The notes under the pieces were generated by a model, which saw only the letters and a list, made by a program, of their open reading frames with translations, was not told the origin of the DNA and made no database searches. 64,000 nucleotides of DNA from the human T2T-CHM13v2.0 reference genome, Homo sapiens: assembly GCF_009914755.1 (NCBI RefSeq), contig NC_060934.1. One strand, written 5' to 3'. Positions 47,222 through 64,000 of the stretch are shown here, piece by piece. Both the position numbers and the translations under genes were made by a program. Every line of letters begins with the position of its first letter. The first letter of the stretch is position 1.

Positions 47222-47534
47222 GCTCTGGGTGATGAGGTTAAAGAAGCTTACCACTTTCTTGTTTACACCTTTTTATATTGCCTGATTTTGTTTGATTGCT
47301 GGCAGAGAACATAGCTTTGCAATCAGAAAAAAAAAATGGTGTTATTTTTTCTTTTGGGGCAAGGAGAGCTAAAGTTAGAATTTAAGCTGGATAGGTCTGG
47401 AAACAAGGTAACTGGAAATAATTTTCATTAAAGAACATGAGTGAAGCCACCCTTCAGGAGGCAAGATAGGCGAGAGGATCTCCAGTCAGGAAGGCCAGTA
47501 GGAGGCCCTAGCAATTAGACAGGCATAAGGATAA

Positions 47535-49714
<2,180 letters not shown>

Positions 49715-50784
49715 TCATCTTTCTTTTTCTAATTAGACATGATAACATGAGTATTTTTCCACATGATTACAAACACAAACACACTTAACTGTATAACATT
49801 TTACATATGAATATGTCAGAAAGCATTACAGTACATTTAGAGAGCTGGCTTTGGAGCTGGCTTTGGAGCTGGATTATTTAAATTCCAATCTCAGCTCCAG
49901 CACTAGCCTGGGCAAATGCCTCTCTGTGCCTCAGTTTCTTTATCTGAAAAAACAAAAAAGTAATGGCGCCTGCTTCATAGGATTGTTATGAAGATTCAAT
50001 GTGTTGACAAATGTAAAATGCTGAAAACAATCCGACAATGGGATAAGTCCAAAATATCAGTCCCCTGCTATACATTTTTCTATTTCTTGTGTTACTGTTA
50101 CGAATAACCTTTGTATCCTTCAGTGAACGTCCTTATGCATCCATAGCTTCTCCATTTAGGACAATTTCTTTCTATTCTTACTAATTGAAATGATATGAAG
50201 GTTTTTAAGGAAATGGATGCATCAGATTAACCTTGCAAAAGATTTCATCAATTTGTTCTCCTAGCAGCATTGTATGAGAGTATGTTGGAAAAAAATTTTA
50301 ACTGTGCTATTAGCTACATGGCATCTTTGACTCTATATTGATAATTCACATCATCTGTATGACATGAGTTTAAGACTGAGAGCCTGGCCCTAATGGTTTA
50401 AGTGACATTGAAGTGTTTGGGTTCAGAAGCCAAGGAGAAAGGTGTGGACAATCATTTGTAGCCACCATTGGGGTCAGAATCAATTAAAACACTCTCGGCA
50501 GCCATTTTATTTTTATTAGCACGTCCTTGTAAAAGTCAGATGTACAGTTCAGAACACCACGTAAGGCTGACAAGGTGAGAGTCTTCATGCTTGTTTCCCG
50601 TAATGCGCTTTGTAAAGTTCATTCAGCCTTCCCAAAACACAAGCCTGGACCTGCCCTCTGTGGCTTTCAATTCTTGTAGTTACCCGTTCCTACCACACAT
50701 TAGTCTATCAGTGGCTGGGTGATAGGTTTTATTATGTTCTGCAGACAGTTGAAGGTTCACAACTGAGAAGAAATGTCCCAGTGA

Positions 50785-51484
<700 letters not shown>

Positions 51485-52385
51485 TAATTAGCAGTCACAG
51501 GGGCTAACTTTGGGTGACAGTTCAAAGTGAAACACGGTTCTCAGTTAAAACAAAAAAAAAAGTTATAATAAATCTTTGTTTGTTTGGACTAGGTTCTTTT
51601 AGAGTTGAAAATTAAAAAGCATTTTAATTTTATTAAATATACTTAAAAAATGGAATAAGATAAGGTAATGTAAAACTTCAGTTCTCGTGGCTTTCATTTT
51701 GATGTGAAGCATTATAACTAAACAGGAATATTCTATTTTGTAAAAATTACTTATTAAATTCGAAAGAAGAAAATGTGTTAGGTGAATACAAGATTTCATA
51801 AGTTACAGCTTGAGGTTTCCTTTCCTTGTTAACAAAAAGTTGAATATTCAGTGATGAGGTTGATGAATTTTTATTCATGTCATTCATATTTGCAAAATTT
51901 GAATTAGTGGAATCTAGATTCATGATGTGTAGCTGTAGCTAAGAATAGAAAAGAAAAGTGCATTAATATAGAGAGGAAAATAAACATTTGTGAAAGAAAA
52001 CAGAGCAATATTTCAGAATTTGCTTGGGCCACTGAGCAAAAAGATGTTTCCCAAATATCCAGTCAAGGGAAGAGGAGAGAAAATTTCTATTGTATGGATG
52101 ATAATTTGGAAGGATGGGGAGTTCCTATATGATGGAAGTGAGCTCCTGTGAGCTCCATCTTTTGGCTGCAGGCAGTGGTCTTGATTGGAACACAATGGCA
52201 GACATGGTGGATGTAGTCCAGTCTAGCGTGAGATGAGCACAGGAAGGGAAGCACCATGATAGAGAAAGTACTGGCTGTTATTGATTCACATCCAGTTCTG
52301 CAACTAGGGGAAGGATTATGGGAGTCATCCAGATAAAGAGAAGAGGCAAAAATGTCCCAGGCAGACGCCACAGCACATTCTAAAC

Positions 52386-53037
<652 letters not shown>

Positions 53038-53049
53038 TTGTAAACCATG

Positions 53050-53950
53050 GATGTGAGAGAGAACCTGGCTTGTTCAAGGAACTGAAAAGAAGAGAGGACT
53101 TGGTCAGAATGTCCTTGTCATGTGGGCCTTATGAGCCATGTTAAGCCGTTTGGACTTCTGACTAAAAGACATGGGACATCACTGAAGGGTTTTGAGCAGG
53201 GGAACAACAGCATATTTTTGTGTTAGAAAGATTATTTTAAATGCAGAGTGGGCGGGATGAGAGACTGGAAGTTGGTGGATGTTGTAGTCATATGAATGGG
53301 AGATGATGAATAGCGGGCCGACCAGATGCAGAGCAAGGGACAGGGAGTGCTGGAATGAACAGGAAGTGTTGGCTGATTGGTGTGCAGGTTGAGACAGGAG
53401 GCAAGGATGAATGCCAGGCTTCTGGCTTGCCAGCTAAGTCCAGGCATTGCTATTCTCTGAGATAAGGGACCCTGTCTGAGGTGAACCATTCAGATTTGGA
53501 GATACTGAGTTTGACGAGGTTATGAGACACCGAAGTGAGAGTGTCTGGTAGGCAGGTGGAAGTATGGGCCTGGAGCTCAGCAGGTACACTAGGGAGGCCG
53601 TGCAGAAGGTGGCCTGGGAAGGAACTCTCAGGAGCATCCACACTTCAGGGACAGGCAGAGTAAGAGCAGCCTACAAAGGAGATTGAGGAGGAGCAGCCAG
53701 AGTTGTCAGAGAATCAGAAACCGGGGCCACGAGGGCCATGAGAGTGTTTCCAGAGAAAGGAGTGGTCAGCTGAATCAAATGCTACAACAGGTGAAATGAG
53801 GGCCAACAACTGCCCATCAGCATGACTTCTAAGGAGGCGGCTGATGAGTTTGGCAAGGGCAGTTTCAGTGGAGGGGTGAGGGCAGAAGGCAATTTGCAGT
53901 GGGTTGGGGTGAGGTGAGTGGTAGATGAGAAAAGGGAGAACTAATACAGG
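53050..53950 (-). mobile_element. L2 remnant
   Basis: cactgaagggttttgagcagggga and agggcagtttcagtggaggggtgagggcagaag resemble reverse L2. Confidence 0.65.
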
Positions 53951-54109
53951 CAAGGTCCAGGAGGTGGAGCCGTGAAGGGGAGGAGGCAGGGCTGAAGCTG
54001 GAGGGGAGCTTTGAATCCAGGGTGGCTTTTGGCTTTGTTGTTTAAAGGAGAGGGGCTTACTGCCCATTTCGCTATGAGGTGGAGGACCCACTAGAGAGGA
54101 AATGTGAAT

Positions 54110-54240
54110 TATGGAAGGAAAGAAAGAAGGAAGGAAGGAAGGGAGGGAGGAAGGAAGGAAAAGGGGAGGGGAAGGGGAAGGAAAGAAGGAAGGAAGCAAG
54201 GAAAGAAGGAATGAAGAAAGGAAGGAAGGAAGGAAATAAA
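54110..54240 (+). repeat. (GGAA)n-type polypurine tract
   Basis: Seen directly. Confidence 0.93.
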
Positions 54241-54544
54241 AAATCGCAAAGGTTTAATTTTCGTTATTGAGTTTCCTAGTCTTTTGACTAAAATTGTGTA
54301 GGATCTTTCCCTGAGAAGCTCACACAAACTCTGAAATTATTTCAAATCCTAAAATTGGAAGGAAACAGAGAGAAGAAAGCAACGGGAGAGTGATGTGTGA
54401 TGGCAGGTGCAAGGAGGACTGGGGAGGGATGGGGAGGAAGGAGGGGAGGGGCCAGCCTGGGCTTAGCCTATGTTGACAAGCTGCTAATGACTTTCAAATC
54501 AGACACCCTTAGAGTTGGAAAGGTGCTCAGACCTTAGCTCATCC

Positions 54545-55905
<1,361 letters not shown>

Positions 55906-56869
55906 TTAATATGCTCTAGCACCTTCTTCCACTCATTCTCCCTGCTCTCTTCCATTCACCTCTTTCTCCTCCCCTCAGGGTACCCCTGCCATTATCTGAA
56001 TTACTCATAATTTGTTGTAAAACCTTACAGAAAATAAATCTGACCAAGACGCATGATACCTAGTGGCATAGGACTACAAGAGTCATTGGCTTTCCTAGCT
56101 CCCATGTAACACAAGAAATCTGTTAGCCATTTTGATTAATACTTTTATACTACTACTAGTAGGTATTAGCTACTAGTACATTTATATACATTTTAGCCTT
56201 TCTTTTAAACGTATCACTCCAGCTTTATAAATTACAGTTAGACTACACTTCCCTGTGCTTTTTAGTACCACACTTTATCATACAATTGATTTAAACAATT
56301 GAAAGTATAAATAACCTGGGGTCATTATATTCTTTTGTTAAATTAGCTGAATTGTAACCAGTGCCTGAGGGGTCGTTAGGGATGCTAATTAACTCTTTCG
56401 GGTCCTTGGGAAGCTGTTCAGCGCATTGTAGTGGGATAGACTTCACAGAGACACCGAATCGATTATTCCTGAGCAGGGCTGTGGGAAGCCCTCTGAGTGG
56501 CATATTTCCTGTGGGTGTAGATGCAGAGAACTCAGGGATGCTAGTCCTGTGTGTACTTCATTCTGCCCTATCTCAGGAAGGACTATAATAACAGCTGACA
56601 CTGATTGAGAGTTTATGCCGTGCCAGGCACAGCTCTAGCCACTTTACAAAATTGACCTAATTAATTCATTTAATTAGAGACACAAAATAGTATATTCTTT
56701 CACATTTATCTGGTGCTAACATAGTTTACAAACAACAGTTTTAAACAGTATGACAAGTTTTCTATCATAGCCCCTCACAGGGGATATGTCTAACATCACA
56801 TGGCTTGTAAGTGAAGAGTCAGGGTGTGGACTCAGAAGAGAACCCTTAGTGTTCATTAGTTTAAACAGA

Positions 56870-58400
<1,531 letters not shown>

Positions 58401-58562
58401 TATAAGAGATGGCTGCTTTTTAAAAATAAGAATGACAACATAATTCTCCTATTCCGGAAGCCACACATATTCATTGTAGAAAAATAAGCAAATAAAAGAA
58501 CCTAGATATAATCTGTCATAGTATTTGATGGCATGTAGTTTAAAATATATTTACATATATTT

Positions 58563-58619
58563 TAACATAAAAGACATATAAGTATTTACTTAACATAAAA
58601 GACACTATAAGTATTTACT
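58563..58619 (+). repeat. 28/29-bp tandem duplication
   Basis: taacataaaagaca(c)tataagtatttact x2. Confidence 0.9.
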
Positions 58620-58859
58620 GATTAGAAATTTGTTTTTTACATAGCAAATATTATGGACGACTTGCATGCCTTAGAAATTCTTCAATACAATTCTCATTCA
58701 CTATTTAATAATCCACTGTTTATAATTTATATTACTTAACAAATCTGTTGTTAAACATTAAGTTGCTTTAAACTTTTACTATTAAAAAATGCTATTATAA
58801 ACATTATTGCGGGTAAATATTTGCACATATCCTTGTATTATTTTCTTAAAATAACTTCC

Positions 58860-59192
<333 letters not shown>

Positions 59193-59399
59193 CTATGCTG
59201 AGTTATGATACTTGCTGTCATGTTGCCTTCAGAAAAGACTCAGCCAGTTTACACTTCCCCAGTACTATAAAGGGGTGCCTACCCACTATGTCCTCACTCA
59301 GGCTAGGAATTAAAACCTTAAGTGATGTGTGTCAATCTGATGGATGGAGCTTTTTTATTATTCATGTTTTCATTTACAGTTTGATAATTAGCAAAGCTG

Positions 59400-61300
59400 A
59401 GTATTTATTTTATTTTTGTAGGTCATAGTTGGTGTATATACTTATGGGGTACATGAGATGTTTTGACAGACACAGGCATGCAGCGCAAAGTAAGCACATC
59501 ATGGAGAATAGGGTATCCATCCCCTCAAGCATTTATCCTTGCAAAGTTGAGTATTTTATACTTATCAGTTATTTATAGTTCAAAAAGAAAAAGAAAACAA
59601 AACTCTCTTTTGTCATGTATGTTGCAAATGTTTTCTAAAATGTATCACCTGCTTTTTTATTTCATCTGTTGTATCTTTTAAAACATTTCAATTTTTGGTA
59701 GTCAGAGTGATCATCAATTACTTATTTTTTACCTTTAGTGTCTTTAGAAAATGTTTTCCATTCTTAGAACATGTTAATATTCATTTGTTTTCCCCTAGAA
59801 ATTTTGTGTTATTATTTAAGTAGTTGACTTAACTGAAATGTATTTTGGTCTATGGTGTTTGGGAAGTATGTAATATTTTCTTCTTCCTTCCCTCCTTCTT
59901 TCCTTGTAAAATGCCTTTGTAAAATGAGTTTGGAAGTATTTCTTCGTTTTCAACTACATGGAAGAAGTTGAGAAGGATTATTATTAATCCTTCGTTAAAT
60001 GTGTGATAGAACTATCCAGGTGAAGCTATTAGGTCCTGGGCTTTTCTTTGATGGGAGATTTTTGTTTTCTGATTCAATTCCCTTATTCATTATTGGTCAG
60101 TTAGAATTTTCTATCTCTTTAAGAAGAATGTTCTTGTCCCAAATTTAATGGAAATGTATTTAGGCTTTTGCATTTAGATACGATGTTGACTCTTGGTTTG
60201 AAGTAGATGTTTTTATCGTGTTAAGAAAGTATCTTCTTAATTTACCAAGAATTCTTTTGTTTCTTCTCTTCTCTTCCCACCCTCTTCTCTTCCTCCTTCT
60301 CCTCATCCACTTCCTTCTCTTCTGGAATGGATGTTGTCTTTCATAAAATGCCTTTTAGACATCAATTGAGATTGACACTGAGATAATTTTCTAACCTTGA
60401 TCTATTGATAAGATGAGTTGTGCTAAAAGGATTTCCTAGTAGTACACACCTTTGCATTCTTGCAACAAATCCTACTTGATGCAATGCGAATCTTGAATTT
60501 CCTTCAGGATTATAATTTCTAATATTATATTTAGGATTATTATAGCTACATTTGTAAAATGTATCTATAGGTTTCTCTGGGCTATCTCTGACACGTTTTG
60601 CTTTCAGAATTATCTAGCTTCAGAAAATTCATTCTGCAGCTTTCCATTGTCTTCTCTTAAGAGTTTAAAGAGCATTATATGTTATTAGTAAACTTGCTAA
60701 AATTTACTATCTGGGCCTGGCATTTTGAGGTGGGGGCAGATTTTTGGTAACTTTTCTCCCACTTATTTCTTGGTTATTAGTTTTTTTTTTTTTCAATTTT
60801 TCTATATATTATTGAATCAATTCTTGTAATTTACCTTTCCCAGGGAAAAATTATTTATTTTCTCAAAAACTTTAAGATTATTATAAAGCTTTACATAGAA
60901 TGCTTTAAAATATTAAAATATCTTTATTCATAACATCTCTTTCATTTCAAATGTTACGTTTTCTCTCTTTTATTTATTGGACTAATCAGATATTTGTGTA
61001 TCTGTTGATATTTTCAATGTCCCATCTTTTGAATTTATTAAGTTTACTTTTTATTTAGTTTTCTAATTCACTAAAAAAAAATTCCTTGTTTCTGCTTACA
61101 CTGTTGTTTCCCTAGCTTTTTTGGATTAATTAATTTAGTTCTTTTTATTCTCTGTTATTTAATTTCAGAAGCACTCAGAGCTATACATTTTCCTCTGAGA
61201 ATGATTTAGGATGCTTCTCATGTTTTTGTTTTATTCTCATGTCATTAATTTTTAATGTTCTGTAACTGCCATCTTGATTTCCTCTTGGACTCCAAAGTTA
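59400..61300 (-). mobile_element. Degraded old L1 fragments
   Basis: T-rich sequence with L1-like blocks (atggggtacatgagatgttttga; gtgaagctattaggtcctgggcttttcttt). Confidence 0.6.
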
Positions 61301-62822
61301 TTTATTTAGAGTAGCCAAGCATGTTTTCTTACATGATAACTTGAACCTTTTATCATAATCCTTTTTTTTTTTCCTCTCTACAGATACATTTAGGGAAGAG
61401 GGACGGTAGTTTGGGGAGAAGGAGGAGTAATGTGAGGTGGTCAGCACACCTTCTTGCCCATACATATACCTCCCTGTCAGCTCTAATACTACCCTTCAAG
61501 GGCAGCAGTAAGGAGGTTTCATATACAAAAGAAAATATCTCCTTACCATATCATGATTGGAGTCTCAGTTGCACATCACTTGCGTTGTTGTATAGTCATA
61601 GTATGTGTGCTAAGTAAATGCTTTTGGAGAAAGTCAATGGGAAGAATAAATATTACTAGAATTATACACAAAAAATCACCCAAAATATCCTTCTCTTATA
61701 ACCTGAAAATAATGCTAAGTGATTCAATTGTGCACATTGGAAAACAAATCCTAAAAGAGAAAAATATCATTAATCATTATAGTTAAAGTTCTTTTTCCAA
61801 ATCCAACTATGTATTTGGATTCACTATTTATAGCAAATAGGAAGTTCACTATTTATAATTATGGTAAAATTCTTTGCAAAGGGCCTGGTTTTGTAATACA
61901 AGTACTTCTTAAATGGTCAGTTTTGACTTTTGTTAGTTTATTTATCTTAGGGGCCTAAGACAGGCTACCCATGTTGGTATCAGCTATGTAAAGACACGGG
62001 GAGCTCTTTTCCCCAGGAGAAATCTCTGGTAATTTTTACTGCTCCTGTGCAATTCATCTTCAACAATTTTTTCCCCAAGTCAGTCTATGCAGTTTCTGTA
62101 GTCACTACGCAGTCTGTGCAATTTGAAAATTCACCTGCATCCATTAACTCTCCTTGCTATCTTGATAGGATAGTTTTGCCTAGCACTGACTAGTTAAAAA
62201 GCAAATATAAACAAACAACTAGCAGGTTTTTTTTACTGCTATTGCGTTTGAATGCTACACTAGGTAGAACAACATCCTCAAATATGTTTTAGGGTGAGGT
62301 TACATGCTTTTATTATTTACTAGCCAATGCTGATAGCAGTAATTGGGGTCACTGGACCGCTCAATCCAGGGGGCTTCCAGAAAACCACATGGACATTTTG
62401 CATATGTCATTACAATCCTAGAAGTCAACCTGAAAAGTTTTTTTGTTAAGTCGGGGTAGTTGTACAGTGCCAAGAATCTAGGTTTTGTTATCAGACAGCT
62501 CTAGATTTGAAATCTGCCTCCTGCTAGCTGTGTGACATTCTGCAAGTCATATAATGCTAATAACAACAATAACAATACTACTGCTAATAACAATGTAACA
62601 ATGTTAGACTGTCAAACACACATTGAGTGGTTACCAAATGTTAGGCAGAGTTTGCTTAATATTGTTTATACTTACTATCTTATGTAACCCTCATACAAAT
62701 CCTCTGAGACAAATACTATTATCTTATAAATGAGTAAAAAGAAGAACTTAAACTTCAAGTACACACAGTTAGCATATATGATCTGTGGCAGGAACCCACT
62801 ATTCCATCTCCAGATTTCAAGC

Positions 62823-63131
62823 TTTTTTTTTTTTTTTTTTTTGAGACAGAGTCTCGCTCTGTCGCCCAGGCTGGACAGTGGCGCGATCTCTACTCACTGC
62901 AAGCTCTGCCTTCGTGTTCAGACCATTCTCCTGCCTCAGCCTCCAGAGTAGCTGGGACTACAGGTGCCCACCACCACGCCCGGCTGATTTTTTGTATTTT
63001 TTGTATTTTTTTAGTAGAGACGGGGTTTCACTGTGTTAGCCAGGATGGTCTCGATCTCCTGACCTGGTGATCTGCCGGCCTCAGCCTCCCAAAGTGCTGG
63101 GATAACAGGCGTGGAGCCACCATGCCCGGCC
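62823..63131 (-). mobile_element. AluY/Sc-like element within a MIR region
   Basis: TSD cagatttcaagctttt. Confidence 0.92.
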
Positions 63132-63726
63132 CAGATTTCAAGCTTTTAACCATAGTCAACTGCCTCTCTGAACCTCGGTTTCCTAATCTGCACTGTAAGT
63201 GCAAAATAACTCTCTTGTAGGGTCGGGAGGAGGAGCAGGGATCGCACAGTTACTGCTTCTAAAACTGGTCATTTATCGTTGCTGCTGATAGTGCTGCTAT
63301 TATGTAAACTTAGTCAATTTCTAGCAGGAAGGATGTACGCATACTTTCTTCTTTGCACTCACGTTTTTAGGAATAGAGCTAAGCCCTACTCACTTAGGAA
63401 AGGCTGATAGTATCTCTAGTTTCAGCAGGGCCAATGAACGGGGTCAACTAGTGACTCAGGCACCCTACATGTGACCATCTGCAAGCCTGCCTAGAAATAC
63501 AGACTCTCCAGTAACCTGCTTTCTTTGGTAAGATAATCAGTTCTTCCCTTTGGAGCTATGGGGAATTAGGCATGAAACTGGGACCATGGTCCAAGGTACA
63601 TTCTGTGTCTTTTTGCTTCTTCCCACAAAGAGAAGATGTTTCCTGCTGGTGATTCTACCTGTTGTTCTTCCTGGGATTTTTCCAGTCAACTTAAGGGAGT
63701 TATCTGATCCTATAGCATCATACGAC

Positions 63727-64000
<274 letters not shown>

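Overview
Human genomic DNA (chromosome 10p by recalled gene order) with two tandem + strand genes. The first 11 kb holds the last two coding exons and 3' UTR of MYO3A (myosin IIIA). After a gap of about 4 kb come the CpG-island promoter and coding exons 1-8 of GAD2 (GAD65); the window ends inside intron 8. The rest is typical primate intron: about 35 Alus, L1/L2/MIR remnants, MER41A, MER67-like and MLT1 LTRs, MER1B and MER20 DNA transposons, and microsatellites. Nearly all ORFs in the supplied track are Alu/L1-derived or GC-rich noise. The most interesting pattern is a dual-frame design at the GAD2 5' end. The annotated AUG has C at -3, while the next AUG (15365, +1 frame) has a strong Kozak context and opens a 100-codon spliced alternative ORF over exons 1-4. 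Its stop overlaps GAD65 Met115 (AUGA). If the 172-nt intron 2 is retained, this alternative frame is moved into the GAD65 frame, giving an enzyme without the palmitoylated Cys30/Cys45. These are sequence-derived hypotheses; no expression data were available.
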